64,000 nucleotides of DNA from Eubacteriales bacterium. Lineage in GTDB: Bacteria > Bacillota > Clostridia > Oscillospirales > CAG-272. Positions 29,978-40,586 of this stretch are shown piece after piece. Within the stretch, counting starts at the first letter, position 1, and each line of letters starts with the position of its first letter. Below the pieces are notes generated by a model. It was not told the origin of the DNA. It made no database searches and was given only the letters and a program-made list of their open reading frames with translations. The translations under genes were made by a program, and so were the position numbers. The stretch covers positions 4,530 to 68,529 of the forward strand of contig JAZQYP010000034.1 of NCBI GenBank assembly GCA_045633625.1, given 5' to 3'.

Positions 29978-31063
29978 TTATTTTCCGACTGTTCGTTTAA
30001 TTTCAGATATGAGCGCCGAGATAATGTCCTCCTCGGCTACCTTGGCGATAATCTCGCCCTTTTTGATAAGGACTGCCTCACCCTTACCGCCCGCAATACC
30101 GATATCTGCCTCTCGCGCCTCTCCGGGTCCGTTTACGACACAGCCCATTATCGCGACCTTTATCGGCAGATCAAAAAGACCTTGCTTTTTCACTTCATCC
30201 TCAAACTGCGACACAAGGGAGATGAGGTCTATCTTCGTTCTTCCGCAGGTGGGACAACTGACTATTCTCATCCCGCTCTGACCCTCTATCTCGCACGCCT
30301 TGAGTATTTTTTTTGCGGCGGCTATCTCCTCTATAGGATCATCTGTGAGAGAAACGCGGATCGTGTCCCCTATTCCCTCACAAAGAAGCGCACCGATACC
30401 GACAGCACTCTTGAGCGAGCCTATCTCACGGCTTCCCGCCTCGGTGACACCGAGGTGAAGCGGATAATCGCATTTTTCTGCGACTATCCTATTCGCAAGT
30501 ATCATATTTCTTGCATTTGATGCCTTGATTGATATTACAGTATTATAAAACCCGAATTTCTCAAGCAATGACGCATTATAAAGAGCCGATTCGGCAAGCG
30601 CCTCGGGCGTAGGTGCACCGTATTTTTCAAGTATCTGCTTCTCAAGCGAGCCACTGTTGACTCCTATCCTTATCGGGATATTTCGCTCCTTGCAAGCCGC
30701 AACTACCGCCTTTATTCTATCCTCGTCACCTATGTTACCGGGGTTTATTCTTATCTTATCGACACCGAGCTTGGCACAACGAAGCGCCACGCGATAGTCA
30801 AAATGAATATCGGCAACTATAGGCATAGTGATGCCTGCCGCCTTTATTTTTTGTACCGTTTCTGCCGCCTCGATATCGGGCACCGTTATGCGTGCGATAT
30901 CACAGCCTGCCGTCTCAAGTGCGCGAAGCTGTGCGATCGTCGATTCTGCATCGTGGGTGTCGGTATTTGTCATTGACTGTATCGAAATTGGTGAGTCAGC
31001 GCCTATTATTAGAGCGCCGACTTTAACATCTCTCGTTTTTCTTCTTACGTCGTTGTATTTCAT
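29978..31063 (-). CDS. ispG: 4-hydroxy-3-methylbut-2-enyl diphosphate synthase
   Basis: QSMTNT, RINPGN, SCPTCGR, GCVVNGPGE. Confidence 0.97.
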   Translation of the reverse strand: MKYNDVRRKTRDVKVGALIIGADSPISIQSMTNTDTHDAESTIAQLRALETAGCDIARITVPDIEAAETVQKIKAAGITMPIVADIHFDYRVALRCAKLGVDKIRINPGNIGDEDRIKAVVAACKERNIPIRIGVNSGSLEKQILEKYGAPTPEALAESALYNASLLEKFGFYNTVISIKASNARNMILANRIVAEKCDYPLHLGVTEAGSREIGSLKSAVGIGALLCEGIGDTIRVSLTDDPIEEIAAAKKILKACEIEGQSGMRIVSCPTCGRTKIDLISLVSQFEDEVKKQGLFDLPIKVAIMGCVVNGPGEAREADIGIAGGKGEAVLIKKGEIIAKVAEEDIISALISEIKRTVGK

Positions 31064-32103
31064 ACTCCTCCGAACAGTTTTAGTACGTCCTTAACTATTA
31101 CGAATGCCATAAATGCGAAAAGTATCATAAGACCTACAAAGTTGATATAGCCCTCGACCTCTTTTTTGACAGGCTTTCCTCGCACGACCTCTATGACGTA
31201 AAGCAAAAATCTGCCACCGTCAAGTGCGGGAAAAGGAATTAGGTTGAACACGCCAAGATTTATCGATATAACGATAACGACGTAGAGCAGCTGAAAAATG
31301 TTCGACTGCGCCGCGTCAACTATGATCTCTGTGACACCGACAGGACCTGAGACCGCCTCCATTCCGTATCTTCCCGAGATAAGATCCACAAGCGAATCGA
31401 CAACCATCTTCACAGTCGAGACCGAACGCGAGAATGCGTGCTTTACGTAATTGAGGGGCGTTGGCTCATCAAGATACGGAATAATATCGTACATTCCGAA
31501 CTCCACACCGTTTTCAACCACCGTAGGAAACTCAACGTCCTCAAGAATTGTCTTCTCTCCGTCGCGGATGACTGTTATATCGATAGGCTCATAGCCTTGA
31601 TGCATAATTTCGTATATTACGTCGTTAAAGGTGTGCACTCTGACCCAGCCCACCTTGATTATCTCGTCCCCCGACTCAAGCTGTGCCGAGCTTGTAGCAT
31701 TCTCGTGAAAATCGGCTACAGTAGTACCGATAAGGTTACCCTGTCCGACGACAAGAGCTATCATAAGAACAAAGCCAAGAATGACGTTCATCGCAGGACC
31801 CGCGAGGATTATCGCCATTCTCTTCCATACGCTCTTATTGCAGAACGCCTTTTCTGAGTCTGAGTCCTCATCCTCACCCACCATACTGACAAATCCGCCG
31901 ATCGGCAGGAGGCGCAGACCGTATTCGGTCTCGTATTTTTTGGATTTCCACGAAAAGAGCCTCGGTCCCATTCCTATGGCAAATTCCTTAACGGCTACTC
32001 CGCATGCGCGCGCCGCAAGAAAATGTCCAAGCTCGTGAATAAATATAAGAAGTCCGAAGACCAAAAGTGCTATAAGTATATAAAGAACGATCACAACGAT
32101 CAC
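31060..32103 (-). CDS. rseP: Site-2 membrane metalloprotease with PDZ domain
   Basis: HELGH, NLIPFPALDGG; conserved position after dxr. Confidence 0.93.
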   Translation of the reverse strand: MIVVIVLYILIALLVFGLLIFIHELGHFLAARACGVAVKEFAIGMGPRLFSWKSKKYETEYGLRLLPIGGFVSMVGEDEDSDSEKAFCNKSVWKRMAIILAGPAMNVILGFVLMIALVVGQGNLIGTTVADFHENATSSAQLESGDEIIKVGWVRVHTFNDVIYEIMHQGYEPIDITVIRDGEKTILEDVEFPTVVENGVEFGMYDIIPYLDEPTPLNYVKHAFSRSVSTVKMVVDSLVDLISGRYGMEAVSGPVGVTEIIVDAAQSNIFQLLYVVIVISINLGVFNLIPFPALDGGRFLLYVIEVVRGKPVKKEVEGYINFVGLMILFAFMAFVIVKDVLKLFGGV

Positions 32104-33269
32104 CTTCCGTTTTGTTTCTGTTTTATAATCTCACGCGTCAGCACGCGAGCCTCTCTGTCATATTCAAGTATATCCTCAAGGCTTTCTGCCCTTGACGAAT
32201 GAGCAAGTCGCTCTACCGCATCGCTCACGACCTCGGTTATCGAATAGAAGGAGAGCTTCTCCGAGAGGAATGCCGCTACAGCCTCCTCATTTGCGGCATT
32301 GAGCACCGCGGGGAGCGCACCACCCTTCTTTATTGCCTTGACAGCAAGCGCAAGCAGCGCGAAGGTATCGGTATCGGGCTTTGCAAAATGCAGACCCGAA
32401 AGACGTGTCAGGTCAAGCTCGTCAATTACTGCCTCCGTCCTCTCAGGATAGCTCACTGCATACTGCACGCAAAGGCGCATGTCGGGCACCGACATCTGCG
32501 CTATGATACTGTTATCAACGTATTCAACCATTGAGTGTATTATACTCTCTCTGTGTATAAGAACCTCGATATTTTCGGGAGCTACGCCGAAAAGATGCAC
32601 CGCCTCGATTACCTCAAAGCCCTTATTCATAAGTGTTGCACTATCAACGGTTATCTTTGCCCCCATCTTCCACGTGGGGTGTGCGAGCGCCTCTGCGACG
32701 CTTATTCTTTCAAGCTCGGCACGGCTTCTTCCGTAAAAGGGACCGCCCGATGCTGTGAGGAGTATTTTTTTGATCTCCTTACGTGCTCCTGCCTTCAAGC
32801 ACTGAAAAATAGCGCAATGCTCGCTATCCACGGGCAGAATTTCGATATTTTTTTCTCTTGCGCGGCTCATAACTATATCTCCCGCAACAACGAGAGACTC
32901 CTTATTTGCAAGTGCAAGCCTTTTGCCGCTGTCTATCGCTGCAAGGGTAGGCTCAAGGCCTGCCTTTCCGAGTATTGAGTTGAGCACGACGTCTCCGTCA
33001 GCCAGCGCTATCATCTCACAGATCCCCTCACTACCGGAGAAGACCTTTATATTGGTATCAGCAAGACGTGTGCGCAGCTCCTTTGCCGCCTTCTCATCAG
33101 CCATAGCGCAAAAGCGCACTCCGAATTCTCTTGCCTGCTCCTCGACTCTCTTTACGTTTGAATGCGCGCTCAGAGCACTGACTCTCACGCCGTCACGTCT
33201 TGCAACGTCTATAGCCTGCTCGCCGACAGAACCCGTCGAGCCGAGAATTATCATAGTTTTTTTATCCAT
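32100..33269 (-). CDS. dxr: 1-deoxy-D-xylulose 5-phosphate reductoisomerase
   Basis: LGSTGSVG, LANKESL, PVDSEH, HPTWKMG. Confidence 0.98.
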   Translation of the reverse strand: MDKKTMIILGSTGSVGEQAIDVARRDGVRVSALSAHSNVKRVEEQAREFGVRFCAMADEKAAKELRTRLADTNIKVFSGSEGICEMIALADGDVVLNSILGKAGLEPTLAAIDSGKRLALANKESLVVAGDIVMSRAREKNIEILPVDSEHCAIFQCLKAGARKEIKKILLTASGGPFYGRSRAELERISVAEALAHPTWKMGAKITVDSATLMNKGFEVIEAVHLFGVAPENIEVLIHRESIIHSMVEYVDNSIIAQMSVPDMRLCVQYAVSYPERTEAVIDELDLTRLSGLHFAKPDTDTFALLALAVKAIKKGGALPAVLNAANEEAVAAFLSEKLSFYSITEVVSDAVERLAHSSRAESLEDILEYDREARVLTREIIKQKQNGR

Positions 33270-33281
33270 ATTTTCCTCAGA

Positions 33282-34121
33282 TCAAAGTATATCAATGCCT
33301 ACAAGTCTTGAGAAGAAGCATATTACAGAAAGTGCGAGAGACACCGCGAGTATCGAATCAAATCGGTCGAGCATTCCTCCGTGTCCGGGAAAGATCTTGC
33401 CGTAATCCTTGACCCCGTGCTCACGCTTTATGACCGACATAATAAGATCTCCAATCTGTGAGACAACTGCCGCAAGGATTCCGCTTACGACAAGAAGCAC
33501 GTAGTTTGCCTCAAGGCTTGTAAGTGCCTCGATGACCACGCCGAACAAAACGAACGCCGCGGCACAAAAGAGAGTACCGCCAATGCTTCCCTCGACCGTT
33601 TTCTTGGGACTGACCTCGGGTATAAGCTTATGCTTTCCAAAAAGCATTCCCGTAAAATACGCAAAAATGTCAGTGACCCACGCACCAACAAAAATAAGGA
33701 GATAGAGGTATTTTCCGCCCTCTCCGAAATCTCTTATGTAAATTATACCGTTTATTGCGGCGACAATATACAAAGAAAGAGTAAAATGCTCTCCTATCTC
33801 GCTAAATCTCATATCTCCTCTTGACCTTATGCAAACAAAGAAAAGATAAAGCAAAAAGAGTGCTCCGAAAATAAAGGCTACCACACCGCGTGCCGCCCCA
33901 TTTTCCATATATCGCATCGCAAACGGATATACCGCCGCAAAAAGATAGGCGGGTATACAGAGTGAAAGTCTTTTATGCTTTCCTATACATCTATACATCT
34001 CAAAAAGTGAAATAATACTGACTATTGCTACCGATATAGGAAAAACCACGGTATCTGAAAATATCAGCACGGGCACAAGCACGCAAAAGGCCACTAACCC
34101 CGTAATAATTCTTTTTAACAT
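33282..34121 (-). CDS. cdsA: Phosphatidate cytidylyltransferase
   Basis: SPKKTVEG, KDYG.IFPGHGGMLDRFDS; start set at MLKRII (GGAGG RBS). Confidence 0.95.
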   Translation of the reverse strand: MLKRIITGLVAFCVLVPVLIFSDTVVFPISVAIVSIISLFEMYRCIGKHKRLSLCIPAYLFAAVYPFAMRYMENGAARGVVAFIFGALFLLYLFFVCIRSRGDMRFSEIGEHFTLSLYIVAAINGIIYIRDFGEGGKYLYLLIFVGAWVTDIFAYFTGMLFGKHKLIPEVSPKKTVEGSIGGTLFCAAAFVLFGVVIEALTSLEANYVLLVVSGILAAVVSQIGDLIMSVIKREHGVKDYGKIFPGHGGMLDRFDSILAVSLALSVICFFSRLVGIDIL

Positions 34122-34131
34122 TTTTCCTCCG

Positions 34132-34821
34132 TCAAACTCCGCCGTATCGGCGTTTTCTCTTATAAAATGCCTCGACCGCCGCGTCAACTGCATCGGCGTC
34201 CATATCGGGCCAAAGGGTATCTGTAAAATAGAGCTCGGCATAAGCCGCCTGCCAGAGCAAGAAATTCGACAAGCGAAGCTCTCCACCCGTTCTTACAAGT
34301 AAATCAAGCGGGGGCATTCCCGCAGTATAAAGGGACGAGTCGATATCCTCCTCGCTCACCTGTGTCATACCGTTTGCCACAAGCGTATTCACAGCATGAA
34401 CAAGCTCACTTTTTGCTCCATAATTCAATGCTATGTTAACGATGAATTTTTTATCACTCGTGCTCTTTTCGATCCTTTGGATCTTTGCCCTGAGATCAGC
34501 GGAAAATGCCGACATATCTCCGATAAATCTATAACGGATATCGTGCTTGTCCATATCCTTTGTAAGCTCCGAAAGATAGCTTCCAAAAAGAGCCATCAGA
34601 GAATCGACCTCTTTTTTGGGTCTTTTCCAGTTCTCCGTTGAGAAGGCATAAAAGGTAGCGACCTCTATTCCGTGATGCGCGAGTCGGCGGAGTACCGTTT
34701 TCAACGCCTCAGCTCCGTACTTGTGACCTCTCTCACGCGACATCCCGCGCGCCTCTGCCCAACGGCCGTTACCGTCCATTATAAAGGCTATGTGCTTTAT
34801 CTTTGCTTCTTCCTTGTGCAT
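34132..34821 (-). CDS. uppS: Undecaprenyl diphosphate synthase
   Basis: IMDGNGRWA, FSTENWKRP, RTGGELRLSNFLLWQ. Confidence 0.96.
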   Translation of the reverse strand: MHKEEAKIKHIAFIMDGNGRWAEARGMSRERGHKYGAEALKTVLRRLAHHGIEVATFYAFSTENWKRPKKEVDSLMALFGSYLSELTKDMDKHDIRYRFIGDMSAFSADLRAKIQRIEKSTSDKKFIVNIALNYGAKSELVHAVNTLVANGMTQVSEEDIDSSLYTAGMPPLDLLVRTGGELRLSNFLLWQAAYAELYFTDTLWPDMDADAVDAAVEAFYKRKRRYGGV

Positions 34822-34884
34822 AGCATCTCCCTGATTCATTAAAATTTGGGGCGGGAAGACACCCGCCCCAAAAGAGTGCAGAAC

Positions 34885-35439
34885 TTAGATCTGCATAATT
34901 TCCTTTTCCTTCTTGGCGCTGACAGCATCAACACTCTTGATGTATTTATCGGTCAGATCCTGAATTGCCTTTTCTGCATTCTTTACGTCGTCCTCAGTGA
35001 GCTCGCCGTCCTTCTTTGCCTTCTTTGCAGCGTCGTTCGCATCACGTCTGATGTTTCTTATCGCAACCTTTGCGTCCTCACCCATATTCTTGACCTGCTT
35101 AACAAGCTCGCGGCGGCGCTCCTCGGTGGGCTGGGGGAATACAAGGCGTATTACCTTACCGTCGTTCGTGGGGGTGATACCGATATCGGATGCGAGAATT
35201 GCCTTCTCCATCTCCTTAAGAGTTGTTGCGTCGTAAGGAGTGATAGTAACAGTCTTTGTATCAGCTACTCTTACGTCTGCCATAGTTGTAAGAAGTGTAG
35301 GTGCTCCCCAATACTCAAAGGTTACCTTTGAGAGAACGGCGGTATTTGCCTGTCCTGCTCTGATAATGGCAAGGCTCTGCTCGTAAGAGTCGATAGACTT
35401 TATCATTTTTTCCTCATAAGGCTTTGTGTTGAATCCCAT
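34885..35439 (-). CDS. frr: Ribosome recycling factor
   Basis: IRAGQAN, TEERRRELVK, AIRNIRRDAN. Confidence 0.97.
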   Translation of the reverse strand: MGFNTKPYEEKMIKSIDSYEQSLAIIRAGQANTAVLSKVTFEYWGAPTLLTTMADVRVADTKTVTITPYDATTLKEMEKAILASDIGITPTNDGKVIRLVFPQPTEERRRELVKQVKNMGEDAKVAIRNIRRDANDAAKKAKKDGELTEDDVKNAEKAIQDLTDKYIKSVDAVSAKKEKEIMQI

Positions 35440-35481
35440 AATAATCCTCCAAATATGTAAAATGTGTTTTTATTTTATATT

Positions 35482-36192
35482 TTATACATGCATTTCCGTT
35501 CCTATTTTTTCGCCCATAACAACTCTGTATATATTCATAGGATCGCGAAGCTCAAAGGCATATGCCTTGATAGCGTTATCCATGCAGAAGGTCGTTGCTG
35601 TGAGATCGAGTGCCTTGAGCTTCTTTTCAAGCACCTCGGCATAAGTTATCTCGTCGTATCTTACAGCGGACTTGTCCTTCATAGGATCTGCACTATATAC
35701 GCCGTCTATATTCTTTGCAAGGAGTACTGCGTCCGCCTCTATTTCTGCCGCACGAAGCACTGCCGCGGTATCGGTTGAGAAGTAAGGTGAGCCAAGTCCA
35801 CAACCGAAGATGACAACCTTGCCCTCCTTAAGTGCCGCTACTGCCTCGCGAGGACTGTATCTGTCGGCGTAAGCATTCATCTCGACTGCCGTCATAACCT
35901 TTGTGTCAATACCCGCCTGAATAAAGGTATCCTGAAGCGCAAGACAATTTATCGCCGTTGCAAGCATTCCCATACTGTCGGCACGTACTCTATCCATCTT
36001 GCCGCCCTGTCTACCGCGCCAGATGTTACCTGCACCTACTATAATTGCTATCTCAACTCCCTCGTTAAGACACTTCTTTACAACCTCGGCAACCTCACCG
36101 ATAAAATCGAAGTTGAGGATGCCATCAGAGCCTGCCGCAAGTGCCTCGCCCGAAAGCTTGAGAAGTACTCTTTTATACTTTGCGTTCTGCAT
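35482..36192 (-). CDS. pyrH: UMP kinase
   Basis: RVLLKLSGEAL, GAGNIWRG, PYFSTDT; start set at MQNAKY. Confidence 0.97.
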   Translation of the reverse strand: MQNAKYKRVLLKLSGEALAAGSDGILNFDFIGEVAEVVKKCLNEGVEIAIIVGAGNIWRGRQGGKMDRVRADSMGMLATAINCLALQDTFIQAGIDTKVMTAVEMNAYADRYSPREAVAALKEGKVVIFGCGLGSPYFSTDTAAVLRAAEIEADAVLLAKNIDGVYSADPMKDKSAVRYDEITYAEVLEKKLKALDLTATTFCMDNAIKAYAFELRDPMNIYRVVMGEKIGTEMHV

Positions 36193-36339
36193 AACTTTTC
36201 CTTCCGTAATTACATTATAATTATACTTCTTATATTTTACTACATTTAATCCGTTTTGTAAACACCAAATTTGATTTTTTTCAATTTTTTTCAACAAAAA
36301 ATTCCCACGCCTATGAGCGCGGGAATTTTATCGTTAATT

Positions 36340-38016
36340 TCAGCAATCCTTCTCAAAAACTGCACGAAGATCGGCAAGCTTCTTAAGAGCGCTTGCCTTA
36401 TCCTTACCGCATACGCAGTAGTAGAACTTACACTTAGGCTCGGTGCCGCTCGGACGGACTGCCACCCAGCTGTTGTCCTCAAACATAAAGCGCAGAACGT
36501 TAGACCTCGGGAAGCCCTTCTCTATCATCTTCTGCGAGGTATAGTCCTCAAGCTCCCTGACCTTGACTCCACCCACTTCGGCGGGGGGATCGTTACGAAG
36601 GTTCTCAACAAGCGACTTTATCTTCTCAATTCCGTCAAGTCCCTTAAAGGTGAAGCTGTTTACAGAATCGTGATAATATCCGTGCTTGACGTAAAGCGCC
36701 TCAAGGGCATCAACAAGTGTCATTCCCTTTTCCTTGTAATGTGCCGCGCACTCGCAAAGCATAAGAGATGCCTGAACGGCGTCCTTGTCTCTTACAAAAT
36801 CTGCCGCAAGACAGCCATAGCTCTCCTCGTATCCAAAGACGAAATTCTTATCTCCCTTTGTTTCGTGTCCGTATATCTTGTCACCGATAAACTTAAAGCC
36901 AGTAAGGGTTTTCTCTACCGACACACCGTAATGCTCACATATTCTGTCACCAAGATCGGAGGTAACGACAGTATTGAACATAACGGGATTTTCGGGCATC
37001 GTTCCCTGACGCACTCTCTCAGAAAGAATATAATCAAGGAGAACTGCCGCCGACTGATTTCCCGTCATAAGTATATACTCACCGTTCTGCTTAACTGCAA
37101 CACCAAGTCTGTCGCAGTCGGGGTCGGTGGTGATGGCGATATCGGCATCATTCTTTACTGCATATTCAAGAGAAAGCTCGAATGCCTCGCGCGTCTCGGG
37201 ATTAGGGTTCTTTGTTGCGCTGAACTCGGTGTCGGGAACACACTGCTCCTCAACCGCGATAACGTTGTAGCCGAGTCGCTTCAGCACCTCGCGTACGGGA
37301 ACATTACCCGTTCCGTGCTGAGGCGAATATACTACCTTTATATCCTTATTTATCTCGGGACGAAGGGCTATTGCCTTTACTGCTTCGTAGTACTTCTCAT
37401 CTATCGTACCGTCAAGAACGGTAACAAGCTCACCCGCCTCAGCAAGTGTGAGCGCTTCAACTGCAAGGGGATCAGTGACGGCCTCAACACACGCAATGAC
37501 CTTATCGGTAAGCGCGGGGATAAGCTGACAGCCTCTCTCATCATATATCTTATATCCATTGTATTCCGCAGGATTATGCGAAGCAGTTATCATAATACCG
37601 CCGAATGCGTGAAGCTCTCTTACCGCAAAGGAAAGCTCGGGCGTCGGACGCAATGCGTCAAAAATGAAGGATCTGATGCCGTTCTTGGCAAGCACTCCAG
37701 CCGCCTCGTGCGAAAACTCTACGCTGAAGCGTCTATTATCGTGCGCGATAACAACACCGCGCTCGCAAGCATCAGCTCCGTTTGCCTTTATATAGTCGGC
37801 AAAGCCCTGAGTTGCCTTTCTTACAGTGTATTTATTCATTCTGCCGATTCCCGCACCGAGAACACCGCGCATTCCCGCCGTGCCGAATTCTATATCCTGA
37901 TAAAATCTTTCCTTGATCTCATTATCGTTATCTTTAATTGACAAAAGCTCCGCCCTTGTAGCCTCGTCTACGTGGGGGCTCTCTAACCAATGCTCATAGT
38001 TCGAAATATAACTCAT
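36340..38016 (-). CDS. pgm: Phosphoglucomutase/phosphomannomutase
   Basis: FGTAGMRG, TASHNP, DPDCDR, RPSGTEPK; start set at MSYISN. Confidence 0.93.
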   Translation of the reverse strand: MSYISNYEHWLESPHVDEATRAELLSIKDNDNEIKERFYQDIEFGTAGMRGVLGAGIGRMNKYTVRKATQGFADYIKANGADACERGVVIAHDNRRFSVEFSHEAAGVLAKNGIRSFIFDALRPTPELSFAVRELHAFGGIMITASHNPAEYNGYKIYDERGCQLIPALTDKVIACVEAVTDPLAVEALTLAEAGELVTVLDGTIDEKYYEAVKAIALRPEINKDIKVVYSPQHGTGNVPVREVLKRLGYNVIAVEEQCVPDTEFSATKNPNPETREAFELSLEYAVKNDADIAITTDPDCDRLGVAVKQNGEYILMTGNQSAAVLLDYILSERVRQGTMPENPVMFNTVVTSDLGDRICEHYGVSVEKTLTGFKFIGDKIYGHETKGDKNFVFGYEESYGCLAADFVRDKDAVQASLMLCECAAHYKEKGMTLVDALEALYVKHGYYHDSVNSFTFKGLDGIEKIKSLVENLRNDPPAEVGGVKVRELEDYTSQKMIEKGFPRSNVLRFMFEDNSWVAVRPSGTEPKCKFYYCVCGKDKASALKKLADLRAVFEKDC

Positions 38017-38125
38017 AATACTCCTCCTTTTTCTTATCGATATAATTATACACCCGTTTCCTCTCAAATTCAACTGATTTTTTGTCGCTTAAAATAAAAT
38101 ATTTTCATTTTTTTCCTAAAAAGGC

Positions 38126-38182
38126 TTGACAAGCATCCTTTCTTGTGTTAATATGTTAGTGCTTTACTATGATAAAGCGTTA
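38126..38182 (+). promoter_or_regulatory. Promoter with a palindromic operator candidate
   Basis: TTGACA-17-TAATAT followed by GCTTTA-N6-TAAAGC over the start region. Confidence 0.55.
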
Positions 38183-38208
38183 AAACATTCAACACAGGAG
38201 AAAATATT

Positions 38209-39057
38209 ATGAAAAAAATTCTTTGTTCAGTTATGGCAATCATTATGATGATCGGTGCTCTTTTCGCATTCTCATCTTGCAACTCGGAAGAGCTTAAAAT
38301 AGGAAAGCAGTATAACGCGCTCTCTGGTCAGACAGACGTTCTTGTTCAGCTAAACAGCGGTTCTATCGATGTTGGCGTAATGGACAGCATCATGGCAGGA
38401 TATTATATGAGTCAGGACAGCGCATATTCAGACTCTCTGATGATAGTCGAGAATCTGACTCTTGCAACTGAGCAGTATGGTATCGCCGCAAGAAAAGGCA
38501 GTGGATTTGCAAAGAAGATAAACGAAGCCTTGATACAGTTGGCAAAGGACGGAACAGTTGAAGCTCTTGCAGACAAGTACGGTATTGCCAGTGAGCTCTG
38601 TATTGATAAAAACGCAACTGTTGAACCTTTAACTGCATCCGAAGAGGTTGACTGGAACGATATCGTTGAAAACGGTACTTTCGTAGTAGGCTACACCCTT
38701 TTCGCTCCTATTGCTTATAAGGATGAGGCAGGAGAGCTTATAGGATTTGACATCGAACTTGCAAAGGCTGTTGCTGACGTCTTAAATCTTGAAGTTAAAT
38801 TCGAATTGATCGAGTGGAGTGCTAAGGAAGCAAAGCTTGAGGGCGGAAGCATTGACTGCATTTGGAACGGTATGACCATTACCGAAGAACGCCTTGCAGC
38901 TATGGAAATCTCTATTCCTTACTTAAACAACAAGCAGGTTGCTGTTATACGCAAGGCAGACAAGGATAAATATACTGACATAGCAAGCATGTCCGATGCT
39001 ATTATGGGTGCTGAGGAAGGCTCTGCGGGAGAATCCTGCATTATAGTTGCTGAATAA
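38209..39057 (+). CDS. Amino-acid ABC substrate-binding lipoprotein, apparently circularly permuted
   Basis: Lipobox FSSC; family-3 C-half motifs (IDVGVMD, EQYGIAARK, INEAL..DGT) precede N-half motifs (VVGYTLFAP, GFDIELA, IWNGMTITEER). Confidence 0.85.
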   Translation: MKKILCSVMAIIMMIGALFAFSSCNSEELKIGKQYNALSGQTDVLVQLNSGSIDVGVMDSIMAGYYMSQDSAYSDSLMIVENLTLATEQYGIAARKGSGFAKKINEALIQLAKDGTVEALADKYGIASELCIDKNATVEPLTASEEVDWNDIVENGTFVVGYTLFAPIAYKDEAGELIGFDIELAKAVADVLNLEVKFELIEWSAKEAKLEGGSIDCIWNGMTITEERLAAMEISIPYLNNKQVAVIRKADKDKYTDIASMSDAIMGAEEGSAGESCIIVAE

Positions 39058-39075
39058 GGATAATTTAATTATTTC

Positions 39076-39774
39076 TTGTTGATAAACATGAGATTTATTA
39101 ACCTTGTCATCTATCCTTTGTTGGAAGGGTTGCTTTACACGGGTCTGATCTTCATGATCACCCTGGCGGCTTCCCTTCCGCTTGGTTTAGTTATATCATT
39201 TGGCTCGAAATCAAAAATAAAACCTATAAAGTTTTTTACACGCGGCTTAGTTTGGGTAATACGTGGAACACCTTTAATGTTGCAGATTTTGTTTTTGGAT
39301 ATTGCTCCGGGACTTATTTCACAAGCCTTGGGATACGGCATACAATTTGCTCTCAGATCCCCCTGGCAACATTTTGCAATGGTCTGCGTTGCCTTTACTA
39401 TCAACTATTCGTGTTACTTTTCAGAAATATACCGTGGTGGTATCCAAAGCATACCTGCAGGTCAGTATGAGGCGGCTCAAGTTCTTGGATTTACAAAGTC
39501 GCAGACTTTTAGCAAGATAATTTTTTTGCAGGTAATTAAGCGCATTATTGCTCCTATGTCAAATGAGATAATTACGCTTGTAAAGGATACCGCTTTGGCA
39601 AGCGTAGTCATTCATATCGATCTCTTCACTGTTGCCAAAGGCATCGTTAATACGAACCCTCAATATTTTTTGTGGCCGCTCATTATATCGGCTGTGTTTT
39701 ATTTAATTATCAATGGTCTTCTGACTGTCCTCCTGGGCAAATTTGAAAAGAAACTTAATTATTTTAAGGTATAA
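39076..39774 (+). CDS. Polar amino-acid ABC permease
   Basis: IRGTPLMLQ, GQYEAAQVLG; start uncertain (39076 or 39088). Confidence 0.9.
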   Translation: MLINMRFINLVIYPLLEGLLYTGLIFMITLAASLPLGLVISFGSKSKIKPIKFFTRGLVWVIRGTPLMLQILFLDIAPGLISQALGYGIQFALRSPWQHFAMVCVAFTINYSCYFSEIYRGGIQSIPAGQYEAAQVLGFTKSQTFSKIIFLQVIKRIIAPMSNEIITLVKDTALASVVIHIDLFTVAKGIVNTNPQYFLWPLIISAVFYLIINGLLTVLLGKFEKKLNYFKV

Positions 39775-39784
39775 GGAGGACGGT

Positions 39785-40585
39785 ATGGCATTACTTGAAG
39801 TAAATAATATTGTAAAAAGCTTTGGTAAGACAGAGGTCCTCAAGGGCATCAGCTTCAGTCTTGAGAAAGGTGAGGTGCTTGCTATAATCGGCTCCTCGGG
39901 AAGCGGTAAGACCACCCTTCTCCGCTGTCTCAACTACCTTGAGATACCCGATTTTGGACAGATAACGGTAAACGACAAAACGGTGTTCGACTCTTCTCTT
40001 ACATTTGGCAACAATGAAAAAGAAATAAGAAATCTAAGACTCCATTTTGGACTTGTATTCCAGTCATTCAATCTTTTCCCACAGTATACGGCGTTTGAAA
40101 ATATCACTTTAGCCCCCAAGCTCAAGGTCAAGGAGGCTATAAAAAACAAAACGCTTGATCCCAATATGAAAAACGTAGAGCTTCTCAAGATCGAATATGA
40201 AGCGGAAGAGCTTCTTGAGAAGGTTGGACTTTCGGCAAAAAGAGATTCCTACCCTTGGCAGCTCTCGGGAGGTCAGCAGCAACGCGTGGCAATAGCCCGT
40301 GCGCTCGCTCTTGCCCCCGACATTCTCTGCTTTGACGAGCCTACGTCAGCACTTGACCCCGAGCTTACGGGTGAAGTGCTCAAGGTAATAAAGGGACTCA
40401 AATCGTCTGACAGGACAATGATAGTCGTTACACACGAAATGGAATTTGCCAAGAATGTTGCCGACAAGGTGATATTTATGGCTGACGGTGTTATTGAGGA
40501 GATGGGTACTCCTGAGGAATTGTTCGAAAATCCAAGATCCCCCAAAACCCGAGCATTTCTCAACAAATCCCTCGAAACCTTCTAA
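39785..40585 (+). CDS. Polar amino-acid ABC ATPase
   Basis: [27 protein letters not shown]; AAGGAGG RBS before ATG 39785. Confidence 0.93.
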   Translation: MALLEVNNIVKSFGKTEVLKGISFSLEKGEVLAIIGSSGSGKTTLLRCLNYLEIPDFGQITVNDKTVFDSSLTFGNNEKEIRNLRLHFGLVFQSFNLFPQYTAFENITLAPKLKVKEAIKNKTLDPNMKNVELLKIEYEAEELLEKVGLSAKRDSYPWQLSGGQQQRVAIARALALAPDILCFDEPTSALDPELTGEVLKVIKGLKSSDRTMIVVTHEMEFAKNVADKVIFMADGVIEEMGTPEELFENPRSPKTRAFLNKSLETF

Positions 40586-40586
40586 T

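Noticed and set aside
33282-34286. 334-aa extended cdsA call
   Set aside because: The extension overlaps uppS; a GGAGG RBS supports the ATG at 34121.
36271-37941. 556-aa plus-strand ORF
   Set aside because: Antisense to pgm; codon bias removes antisense stops.
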